Part shown: positions 10,922-20,600 of the stretch, one piece after another
How the letters are laid out: every line of letters begins with the position of its first letter
Numbering within the stretch: the stretch's first letter is position 1
NCBI GenBank assembly: GCA_963837955.1
Contig: CAWIPH010000002.1
Span: forward strand, 3,008,001-3,072,000
DNA length: 64,000 nucleotides
Source of the DNA: an uncultured Verrucomicrobiae bacterium
GTDB lineage: Bacteria; Verrucomicrobiota; Verrucomicrobiia; Chthoniobacterales; JAFAMB01
Reading direction: 5' to 3'
Program-made: the position numbers and the translations under genes
Notes under the pieces: model-generated
Databases searched by the model: none
What the model saw: only the letters and a program-made list of their open reading frames with translations
What the model was told of the DNA's origin: nothing

Positions 10922-11793
10922 CTAAATCGAGTCCACGAACGTCCGTTCTGTCCGTCGAAATATGAGTAGCCCCGCGATCAAGAGCACTCCGGTAATGGCA
11001 ATCGATATTATATTTTCTCGAGCCGTAATCGTCGAAACTCCGAGGACTACCCCGCGAAAATTCTCGATGATCGGCGCAGCGGGGTTTGCCAGGATGATCC
11101 AGTGATATTGTTGGCTAATCCGCGAAGCCGGGTAAACGATAGGAGTGACGTACATCCAGATCTGGAGCAAGAATGCGATTAAGTGGGTTAGATCCCGGTA
11201 TTTCGCGGTACAAGCCGAAAAAAGCAGACCCACCCCTAAACTGAGGAACGCGGTTTGCAGCATCAAAAGGGGGATAATGTAAATAGCTTCGCCGTATTTT
11301 GGGAAAAACTTTGCTCCGGTTAGCTTAAAAAAAACACAAAGCCAACCAGACTAATAAATTGAACGAGCATCGCTATCGCGTTGGAAAATGTACTAGCGAG
11401 CGGCGCGATGAGTCTCGGAAAATACACTTTTTCAAAAAGATAAGCGTAATTTCCGAAGATGTTGGAGGTGCTGGTTACATTCAACGATAGGTAAGACCAG
11501 ATCGTTAGTCCGGAAAGATAAAAGAGAATCGGAGGAAGGCCATCCGTTGGCAGCTGGGCAACGCGATTGAAGATCACAGTGAACACCAGCGTTGTCAGCA
11601 AGGGCTGCAATAAGAACCAGAGCGGACCCAAAATCGTTTGCTTGTACTTCAGCAGAAAATCGCGCTGAACGAGCAGGAACAAGACATCACGGAATTCAAA
11701 GAGCTCCCGCACGGGGAAATCGAGCCAATTAGCGTTTGGCTTGATCTGAACCTCATAAGCAGATTCTCCAGTAGCTTGCATATCTACATCCAT
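10922..11793 (-). CDS. wzm: Polysaccharide ABC transporter permease, frameshifted at an A8 run (11327-11334)
   Basis: N-half (RDFLLKYKQTILGPLW, KVYFPRL) and C-half (KYRDL, YVTPIVYP, NP) are in different frames. One extra T in the run gives continuous VFFFKLTGAKFFPKYGEAIYIIPLLMLQT. Confidence 0.85.
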
Positions 11794-11813
11794 TTTTCCC
11801 GCAGTAATGTTAG

Positions 11814-13142
11814 TTACGGCCCTTTGGAAGAATCCTTTAGTCGCGAATTTGATTGGCGAGAACGCCCGCGACGGTCCTCGGTTCGTTCGTTCTTGAGCTG
11901 TAGCTTTGCCAATCCCGATACTTTCCGGGCAAATTCGGAAAGGCAAGTCTTACTCGCTCGCCAGAATTGGTCGGGGATGACTCTTCGACGCACTTGCCGC
12001 AGCAGACTAAATAGACGGCCCTTCCAGCCGAGTTGTTTTTTTATGATCCACCACTCGAAGGCAACGATTAAGGTCAAACTTTCGCGGCTAACCAATCCCA
12101 GCCAGCGATAATGTCGCCGATAGTCGTTGTAGGCTTCCTTAAATCGGGCCAGATTCTCTTCTGTTGGATGATAGTTGCGCGAATCGATTGCATCTGACGG
12201 AGTGCTGAAACGAGGACGTTTTTTTTGCACCTCCAGGCAAACCTGACATTGCGCCTTGAGTAAAATTGTCGCCGGAGCGGCCTCCGGAAAAGCGTTCCGA
12301 TGTGCGCGCATATATGTCCGGAAGGGAACATGAAAAAAAAATGGAAGATGATCCGCGCGCCAGAGAGCGTGGCCTGCGCTGCCGGAATAACTTAATGAAC
12401 GGAGCATGCTCCCAAAATCGATCATTCGAATTTGAAGTTCCTCAGCAAGCTCCTGGGCGACGATCTTGGCGGCGCCCCCCAGCGAGATAAATGCAGAATC
12501 GGCGCCGCTCTCGCGAACTGCCGCTGCAATCTGCGCCTTAATCTCATCCAGATTCCGCGAGAGATCCCGTCCCTCACCGATAGGCTGGACAAATCGGATG
12601 CCGGCTGCTCCATCGAAACATCGCGCCGCGATCTGGCAGTAGTCGGAATCCTTTAGCAGTTCGCGTAGAAGCGGAGCTTCCGCTCCGCAAATTACTATCC
12701 GATGCCTTTGAATGTATCCCGGGAATTCAAACCAGGTCCAATCCGTCAATAGCCCGGATTTTTCGGGCGAGTCTTTCTGCACTTGGGACGATTTCGATCG
12801 GAGTCTAAGGTCTCGATTGTGCGTTCGATTGAATTCCTGGTTCCAATACCAATCTAGGTAATCACATTGCTCATAGCTCCGCAGCAGCCGGTCGCGGTGT
12901 TCAGCGTCAAGTCCGGGATAGCCGCGTGAAAATTCGACCGATCGCACTTCGGGCATCCGCGCAATCGATTCGAGGGGACCCTGTTGCAAGCGGAGTAGAA
13001 AGCGCAGTTCACCGTCGCCCATTCGCAAGTAGGAAAACTGCTCATGCGATTCGAGAAGAGCCGTTAGTTCAGTGAGGGCGGTGGTTCTCTCCAAAGAGAG
13101 CGCACCAATTTCCACTGCTGAATGCTTTGTCGATACTGCCAT
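11814..13142 (-). CDS. GT-D fold-like (DUF1792-type) glycosyltransferase
   Basis: SYLRMGDGE and FISLGGAAKIVA...RMIDFGS resemble the two conserved GT-D blocks; first gene of the glycan operon. Confidence 0.55.
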   Translation of the reverse strand: MAVSTKHSAVEIGALSLERTTALTELTALLESHEQFSYLRMGDGELRFLLRLQQGPLESIARMPEVRSVEFSRGYPGLDAEHRDRLLRSYEQCDYLDWYWNQEFNRTHNRDLRLRSKSSQVQKDSPEKSGLLTDWTWFEFPGYIQRHRIVICGAEAPLLRELLKDSDYCQIAARCFDGAAGIRFVQPIGEGRDLSRNLDEIKAQIAAAVRESGADSAFISLGGAAKIVAQELAEELQIRMIDFGSMLRSLSYSGSAGHALWRADHLPFFFHVPFRTYMRAHRNAFPEAAPATILLKAQCQVCLEVQKKRPRFSTPSDAIDSRNYHPTEENLARFKEAYNDYRRHYRWLGLVSRESLTLIVAFEWWIIKKQLGWKGRLFSLLRQVRRRVIPDQFWRASKTCLSEFARKVSGLAKLQLKNERTEDRRGRSRQSNSRLKDSSKGP

Positions 13143-13373
13143 TCGGCGCTCACCTCATTCTGCGAAGAGATCCCGGGCCAGTTAGATCCAGCGCATAAGC
13201 GGCGTTTTCGCAGCGTAGAGGTTAGCTCAAGTCTAGCGTCCGGCAAGCCAAAGACAGAAAAAGTCAAGCCCGCTCCCGAGAACCCCGGAAGCAAGTCCGG
13301 TCAGCACGTGCCCACAGCGCAACTATTTCGGGTCTGAATTAAAAAAGAAACCGCCCATACAGACGTGAAATAA

Positions 13374-13697
13374 TTGTTTGAATCTAGTGTTTATGATTGT
13401 TATCGTATTTCTACTCACTCTGTCGTCGTGCGTGAAGAAATCCGACTCTCATTAGGTACGCTGGCCCTTTTATGCGGCTTGCTGGCTCTCGGTTTTGCGC
13501 TCAGGGCTTATAACAATCCGCACGGGTTCGAATTGACCATCAGTTGCGGCGCTTCTGTAGTTCTGGCGGCGTTGGCAGGCTGGCTTGCACTCCTGTTTTA
13601 CCGCAATGGCCCGAGGGTCCGGCTCGCGGAACGGACTCGGATCCGGCATATCTTGCGCGATCTAAAATCCGACTTGCGAATTGTTCGGCGCAAATAG
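13374..13697 (+). CDS. Small membrane protein (2 TM), start uncertain
   Basis: Two hydrophobic helices and a basic tail. Confidence 0.4.
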   Translation: MFESSVYDCYRISTHSVVVREEIRLSLGTLALLCGLLALGFALRAYNNPHGFELTISCGASVVLAALAGWLALLFYRNGPRVRLAERTRIRHILRDLKSDLRIVRRK

Positions 13698-13922
13698 CCT
13701 TTGCGATTCTTGGTCAGTCCGTGCCTCCAAAACCCCGTTCTGGATATTCCTCGTTTGTCCCATCACAGTCCGATTAGGTGCCCGGGCTTATTAACATCGC
13801 ACTTACGCCTGTCATGGAAATGACGCTACGATTCAGGAAGCCCTTCGTTGCAAGAAAGTTTATTGCCAGTATGGGTTCAAAGCCATCAGCCTCGCAAGAG
13901 ACGGCCAGACCAGTAGCAAAAC

Positions 13923-14465
13923 ATGGACCTGAGTACTTTTGCCAATGCGGATTTCGATCGGGGCGCCCCCAAATGGAAAGAAGGCCTCTGGATCCTCGTG
14001 CGGAGCTTCTTTTTCCTTAGCGCGCTGCCTTATCCCAGCAAACTAAAGACACTGCTTCTTCGATGGTTTGGGGCAGAGGTCGGTCGGAATGTCACGATCC
14101 GCTCCCAAGTAAATATCAGTTTCCCTTGGCGATTAGTTATCCGGGACGATGTATGGATCGGCGACGGAGTCTGGATCCTGAGCCTGGCGCAGGTCGTTAT
14201 CGAATCAAACATCTGTATCTCCCAGCGAAGCTATCTTTGTTCCGGGTCCCACGATTATCGGAAAAGCAGCTTCGATCTGATAACAAAACCAATCTTCATT
14301 CGTGAGCGCAGCTGGATTGCGGCAAACTCGTTCATCGGTCCAGGGGTAGAGATTGGTCCGGGTAGCGTGGTAGGCGCTGGCTCGGTCGTACTAGAGAACT
14401 TCGGGCCGAAAGTCCTAATTCGCGGGAACCCAGCGAAGGTTGTGAAAACGCTAGAAGGAAATTAG
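13923..14465 (+). CDS. wcaF: WcaF-like polysaccharide acetyltransferase (left-handed beta-helix)
   Basis: DLSTFANADFDRGA, LLRWFGAEVG, VNISFPWRL, CISQRSYLCSGSHDY, GNPA. Confidence 0.85.
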   Translation: MDLSTFANADFDRGAPKWKEGLWILVRSFFFLSALPYPSKLKTLLLRWFGAEVGRNVTIRSQVNISFPWRLVIRDDVWIGDGVWILSLAQVVIESNICISQRSYLCSGSHDYRKSSFDLITKPIFIRERSWIAANSFIGPGVEIGPGSVVGAGSVVLENFGPKVLIRGNPAKVVKTLEGN

Positions 14466-15574
14466 TGCGCATCTTATTTCTCAATCAATTCGCTCCCCCC
14501 GATCCAGCGCCGACCGCACAGCTCGTAGGCCGACTTGCCGATGCGCTTCGTCGGGACGGTTATGAAGTGCAGATTGTTGGTACGAAACAGCGGTACCGAT
14601 CTCGCGCCAGAGGCATTCTTTTTCGGCTAATGGATGAACTGACAGCCCTCCTCGGCCTTCTCTACCATGCGACAAAAGCTGAGCGACCTGACACCGTTAT
14701 ATCCACATCTTCACCGCCTGGTTTGCTGGTGGTTGGCCTGATTGTCGCCAAGCTCAAGCGAGCGCGCTGTATTCATTGGGCAATGGATCTCTATCCAGAG
14801 CTGGTATTTCGTTTGGGCAAACGTTGGCCCAGAGTTTTCGAAGATTTCTCCTATTGGCTGATGGGAAAGGCTTATCGACAGAGTAACCAAATCGTCACCT
14901 TAGACGAGGATATGCGGGCACACTTAAATCGCCAGTACGCAGTCGAAGCCTCGGTCATTCGACCATGGATCCTCCAATCTGCGCTTCCGGCATCAGCACC
15001 GTTCCCTGAGAAAACGCCATTCTTCTGGATTTATTCCGGAAACCTGGGTCGCGCGCACGAATGGAAAATACTGCTGGAGGCGCAAGCGATATTGGAATCC
15101 CGTAGCCTGCCAATCTATTTAGTCTTTCAAGGCGGCGGCGCATCCCGCGCGAAGGCGGAGGAGGCTGCTAGCATCGCCGGATTGAGACAAGTGGACTGGA
15201 GAAGCTACGCAGCCGAGTCCGAGTTGATCGAGTCGTTGTTGCGCGCGCATGTTTTCATTGTTACCCAAAGACTCAGCGTCCGAGGTCTGTTATGGCCGAG
15301 TAAACTCGGTTTGCTGAAGAAGCTGCCGCGCCCGTTGGTGTTTATCGGCCCGACCGACAGCGCGATTGCAGCTGAGGTTAACTCTTTGCCCAATGGGGCA
15401 ACATTTGAGCCAACCCAAAGTCGAAGTTTGGCCGCGCATATTGAAGAGCTATTCGAAGTTTGGCCCCCAAAACTTAGTCTCATTGTCGATACTGCCGACG
15501 AATTTCCGGAAATATACAAAAACTGGAGAGCTGTCCTCGATCGGGCTGCTGTAGAGCAACCTACTTTCAAGTGA
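14465..15574 (+). CDS. Glycosyltransferase family 4 (WcaI/WbuB-like)
   Basis: LNQFAPPD..PTAQ, WAMDLYPE, YSGNLGRAH, WPSK motifs. Confidence 0.85.
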   Translation: MRILFLNQFAPPDPAPTAQLVGRLADALRRDGYEVQIVGTKQRYRSRARGILFRLMDELTALLGLLYHATKAERPDTVISTSSPPGLLVVGLIVAKLKRARCIHWAMDLYPELVFRLGKRWPRVFEDFSYWLMGKAYRQSNQIVTLDEDMRAHLNRQYAVEASVIRPWILQSALPASAPFPEKTPFFWIYSGNLGRAHEWKILLEAQAILESRSLPIYLVFQGGGASRAKAEEAASIAGLRQVDWRSYAAESELIESLLRAHVFIVTQRLSVRGLLWPSKLGLLKKLPRPLVFIGPTDSAIAAEVNSLPNGATFEPTQSRSLAAHIEELFEVWPPKLSLIVDTADEFPEIYKNWRAVLDRAAVEQPTFK

Positions 15575-15627
15575 TTGACCCGATAAGAAGATTGCGGCCG
15601 ATCCGGTATCTCTTTCCAAGCTCATGG

Positions 15628-16185
15628 CTATTCCGCATGGTTCTCTGCTGATTTGAGCAGGCGAATCACTTTCGCTGGGTTACCGACTGCCACACATTTT
15701 GACGGAAGTGATTTTGTGACCACGCTCCCGGCACCGACAATGGAACCGGAGCCGACGACTACGCCTTTCAAAATGGTTACGTGCGCGCCGAGCCAACAAC
15801 CGTCTTCAATGACGGTGGGCTTACTGACGAGCGCGCCGGCGCTGCCCTCCAGGTCGTGATCGTGATCAGTCAGGTAGCAGAAAGGACCAATCATACATCC
15901 CGCTCCAATATCAACCAGTTCAGATGCGTCGATAAAAGTGTTCCGATTGATGTAAGTTTGCCGGCCCAAGATGATCCTAGGCTTTTGTCGGCGATCGCCA
16001 GTGGTCAGTAACGTTACTCGTTCATCCAGCATCACCCCTTGACCAATCGCGATATCCCAGGGATTTCGCGGAATCCGTACGCTCCGAAGCCAACATTTAC
16101 CCTCGATTCGGACGCCACGCGCAAGAAGCAAAAATGCCTGGAAGCGAGAGCAAAGACCAACCCAAGCTCGAATCATCAACTCCAT
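15628..16185 (-). CDS. Hexapeptide-repeat O-acyltransferase
   Basis: LbH repeats, DHDH, IEDGCWLGAHVTILKGV, VGNPAKVI. Confidence 0.88.
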   Translation of the reverse strand: MELMIRAWVGLCSRFQAFLLLARGVRIEGKCWLRSVRIPRNPWDIAIGQGVMLDERVTLLTTGDRRQKPRIILGRQTYINRNTFIDASELVDIGAGCMIGPFCYLTDHDHDLEGSAGALVSKPTVIEDGCWLGAHVTILKGVVVGSGSIVGAGSVVTKSLPSKCVAVGNPAKVIRLLKSAENHAE

Positions 16186-17081
16186 GTGCCTCGTATCGCC
16201 TTTAGCCAGCCCTCGTTCTGCGCTTTCGCCAACGCAATTGTATCAAACAGCCGATGAACAAACATTTTTATTTCCAACTTGAGGCCGCTCAGACCCATCA
16301 CATCACGTGCAACAATCCGACGACTTCGCATCGCCGCGGCTGCATAGGCAGCCTTATCCATCTTGAAAGGCGTGGGTGCAGAATTGTGCTCATAAACGGC
16401 CTCGCTCTCGAAAAGCAAGCGGTGCGTTCTCGCAATCCGGGCCGATAAATGAACGTCCTCCATGAAACTGTAGCCCTCAAAATCTGGGAAACGCTCTCGA
16501 GCAAACAACTCCGACCGGTAGAGAACGCACGTCGAGTTCAACCAATCTGAAGATATCAAACCAGATTGTTCTTCGTAACAAGGGTGAGTGTTGATGGCTG
16601 GGCCAAAAAGCCGCGCGCCGAAGTTTGGATGTGAATAGCCAGCCTGCAGCCGATAATACCACCAAAGCAGCCCTCGAGGCTTAGGATGGCCAAGACCTTC
16701 GATATGCCCAGCTACACCACCGACCGTATGCCCGTTCTCGGCTTCAAAAGGAGCCACCAGCCGAGAAAAGGTCTGCGGAGGTAGAACAACGTCGTCGTCA
16801 ACAAACGCGATCAGGGGGGTCGAAACTGACAGCGCACCTAGATTCCGCTGTTCAGCGGCGCTTGGGTTCGGGGCTCGAACGTAAAGTAGCGGCAGATTGC
16901 CTTTTATCCGCTCCGCAAGATCGCTCGTTTCATTGCCGGAGGAAGCATCCACTAATATTACCGAGGATGGTGGCCTGGTCTGTTGCATCAGCGAATCGAG
17001 AACCATGGCGAGCGAATCTGGTCGATCCAGCGTGGCTATGACTGCGGAATAAGTAAGTTGATTGGTCGAGGAAACGGTCAT
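16176..17081 (-). CDS. Glycosyltransferase family 2
   Basis: SAVIATLDRP, VDAS, QRN, FVDDDV, MEDV motifs. Confidence 0.85.
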   Translation of the reverse strand: MTVSSTNQLTYSAVIATLDRPDSLAMVLDSLMQQTRPPSSVILVDASSGNETSDLAERIKGNLPLLYVRAPNPSAAEQRNLGALSVSTPLIAFVDDDVVLPPQTFSRLVAPFEAENGHTVGGVAGHIEGLGHPKPRGLLWWYYRLQAGYSHPNFGARLFGPAINTHPCYEEQSGLISSDWLNSTCVLYRSELFARERFPDFEGYSFMEDVHLSARIARTHRLLFESEAVYEHNSAPTPFKMDKAAYAAAAMRSRRIVARDVMGLSGLKLEIKMFVHRLFDTIALAKAQNEGWLKAIRGTWS

Positions 17082-17458
17082 AGCGCCGCGGCATCATTGT
17101 TCGCGGCATCCGACCAATCCACTTGGAACCGGTCGCGCCGACAGAGTGACTCCAGAAAGAACCTCTCCGGAGCGTGCTCGAGGCAGGATCTAAGAATTCT
17201 TCTCAAAGCAGAACGACACACCACGAATCGGTCGCGATTGGATTCCTTTCGAAACCGGTACGCTCGCTCTGGTTCAATTAGTTCTCGAATATCCCAATCG
17301 CAGTCTCCGACCGCCACATCTAATGATACCCTGCATATATGGAGGCTCGATTCTGGAAGAATGCACGCGGATGAAACCACCTCAAGGTAATCACAGATCA
17401 CGGATCCTATGCCTTCCCTCTTCCTGCCCGGAATCAAATCGGTGTCTTGAAAGTCCAT
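17078..17458 (-). pseudogene. Truncated, diverged copy of the Sfp-type PPTase N-terminus
   Basis: LPESSLHICRVSLD..DWDI..ERAYRFRKESNRDRFVVCRSALRRIL..APER aligns with the N-terminal ~85 aa of 28141-28824; the catalytic C-half is absent. Confidence 0.8.
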
Positions 17459-17618
17459 CGAATGGAGGAGATCGACCCTATTGGTGGCTTCTAAAGCGCT
17501 GCCCTAACAAAAATTGCGGCTATTCCCATACCTGTACTCCGAGCGCTGCTGTAGATCGAAAGTCACGCAACGTGATACAGTCCAAGCACCCAGCAGTGCT
17601 TGCCAAAAGCCTGGGTGC

Positions 17619-20600
17619 CTACGGCCCGGCTTTCCTGAAAACTATGTGCTCCTGAATGGGAGGCTGCGCCCCTGTTTGACAACTAAGTAACCCTGTCAAC
17701 TTCCTGGCCACGTCCTCCGCTCCTGGCTCACGGATGAAAGAGACATGATCACCATCGAACTCGCAAATAGCTAGCTGAGATATCAACTTTCCCCAACCAT
17801 TCTGGGGATCGAATTCGATCGTCTTGCTCCGATCGCGGGCCCGGAGAAGTGTCGCAGCGCCGGCGAACGGTTTTGGCTCCCATTCAGACGATAGTTTCCG
17901 AAGAACAGTGGCCACATGCTGATGCTCCGGTTCTACCCATTCGATGTATTCCGGTCTTGAGCCATTTCTCTTCTCCAAAATCTTTTCTTTGGCCAAGTGT
18001 GCTCTCCACCGTAGATAACTTACCCAATCCTTCCAGCCGCGGCTTTTGAGAATGCTAAACCGGTATCTAATCCGTGTTGCCCGCTGTGCCATCTTCTCTC
18101 GGAATGACCAACGAATGTTCAGCTCCGAGGTGACGCTGTCTAAAATTGCTAGCAGGCTGATCTCCTTTCCGGTTAACTTAAGCTGACGCGCGACCTCGAA
18201 TGCGAGGAAACCGCCATAAGAATATCCAGCCAGGTTGTATGGCCCTGCTGGCTGAACCCGCAGAATTTCTTCGACGTAAAGTGCAGCCAACTCTTCCATC
18301 GAAGACACCGCCTCAGGATTTTTGTCGATCTGCGCCGCCCTGACTCCAAATACCGGTTGGGTTGGTTCCAGATGGCGTACGATATGCCGATATAAAAGAA
18401 TCTCGCCGTTCACCGCGTGAAGAAAGAAAAGCGGCGATTTCGAGCCTGCCGAATGGATCGGCACGATGCATTGACTTGCGACTGCGTGGCCACCGCGAAT
18501 CAAGCGAGAGAGGCTTTCAATGGTTCTGGCCTCAAAAAGCGTACCGACTCCGAGATCAAGCCCAAAGCCCTTCTTAATCTTGGTGAACAAGCGCACGGCG
18601 ATTAAGGAATGCCCTCCCAAATCAAAGAAGTCATCGCGCGCGCCCACCTGCTCAACTCCGAGAAGGTCGCTCCACCACGAAACTAGGGTGCGTTCGATAT
18701 CATCGCCCGGCGCTATTTCATCTCCGCCAACTAAGGGCTCAGGATTGTGCCGCGGAGTAGATTTTCTTTGGCCTGGCGCAACCGCGCGCTCCAACTGCAG
18801 AGAGGCCGGTGCAACAATGAGTTGTGGACGCAAACCAGCTTCCAGTAGGCGCTCAAGAGCCACAATTCCCTGATCGGTTGTTATCGCTGTTTCTTCTTCA
18901 TCGGTCTTCGATTCAAAACTGACCGGAATAGGCCGTTGCCGGTCAAAGTCCGTCTCCGTGCCTTCATGATAAAACATCGCGATATCCGTTACTCGCCGCA
19001 GAACGAATTCGTTGGCAGTAGCCAACACCGCGCCGCGCTCATCCAATAACGTTAAATCGAAAGTGACGATCTCATCTTGAATATTGTTATCTGTCGTCCA
19101 CGTGATATGCGCATAACAATGGCGAGGTAACGCACCGTAGACGCGGAGACGCTGATACAGAATCGGGACGTAGAGATCCTCCGTTTTTTCGTAGCCAGAG
19201 ATAGCGAACATCGCGGATCCGGTCGCAACGTCTAACAGAGCAGGATGTAACCCCACACTTTCTAGGTCAGATGTGAACTCCTCCGGCAACTCTGAAAAGC
19301 TAATCAGCTCCCGTTCTCCAAAATGAATTCGTCGTAAGGAACGCCAGCGCGGTCCGAAGTACAGAAACTTGGCCTGTTTCGTGTTTTGCACGTCAGATGA
19401 AAATGTCAGTGTGCTGCGACTACATCGTCGCAACGTTTCATCTAGAGGAAAGCGCTCCGGCGAAGTCTCTTCGGGAAAGTGCAGGGTAGCGGACACGCAT
19501 TCGGTCGTCGGAGATTTTCCCTCCTGCCGTCGCGCTGCTGAGACAGAAAATCGCCACTCGTCCCCAGTCTTGAAAATTCGACTCTGAATCGCCCTGGTCT
19601 TGCCAAAATCGACCATCAGCGGTGCCGCGAAAGACAAATTTCGCAGCTCAAAGCCTCCGGCGCGGAAATGTTTGGATGCGAGAACCCGAGCAATTTCTAT
19701 ATAGCCAGTGCCCGGTAACAAAGCCTCTGCACCGTGAAACCGGTGCTCGTTCAGTACCCAGTGGCGTTCGAAACTTAATTCCTGCTCGTAACAGACTTCC
19801 TGGTCGTTAGCGCGAACGCATCGACCGGCGAGCCAATTCGGAGGTCTCTGTCCGGTTGAATCTGAACCAGGCTGGACCTTGTTCGTTGCTGCTAAACCCA
19901 CGTCCCGCCACCGCCCCCAGTTAATCGCCATGACGTTCTTCCGACCCAGTGAATGCATCATTTGGGAGAACGCATCCTCAAAAGCGTTCGCTGCCGCGTA
20001 GTCGACTTGTCCAACCGGTGCTATCAGACTGCTGATCGAAGAAAAGAGCAGAAAAAAATCTAAATCGATTCCGGAAAGAGCCGCATTTAAATTCAAGGTA
20101 CCTTTGACCTTTGGTGCCAGCACGCTTTCCGCGCGATCCCTCTCTTTCAATTGGATCACTTCGTCATGAATCGTGCCGGCACAATGGAACACGCCGTCGA
20201 TCGTTCCCCATCGGTTCAGAATCGATGAAACGGCTTGGTGCATATCGTCCAGAAGTGTGACATCGCCACGCAAAGCGATGACCTCGGCACCCATTTTTTC
20301 CAGTTGCTTTACTTTTCGAATTCTTTCCTGCAACGGCTCCGCGGCCGTGAGCAACAAACTCTCCCAATCCGCCCTGGCCGGTAGCCCAGTCCGGTCGACC
20401 AACGCGATCCTCGCACCCTTCTTTCGCGCAAGAAATTCCGATACAGCGTAACCGATTCCACCCAGGCCCCCAGTGATTAGGTAAACCCCGTCGCGCTTTA
20501 TTCGCTGCAGGTCAGATCTCGGAGCAAGCTGAACGGATTCGATAGCCGAGACCCAACGTTCACCCTGGCGATACGCAATAATAGTATCGTTGTTGTCTTG

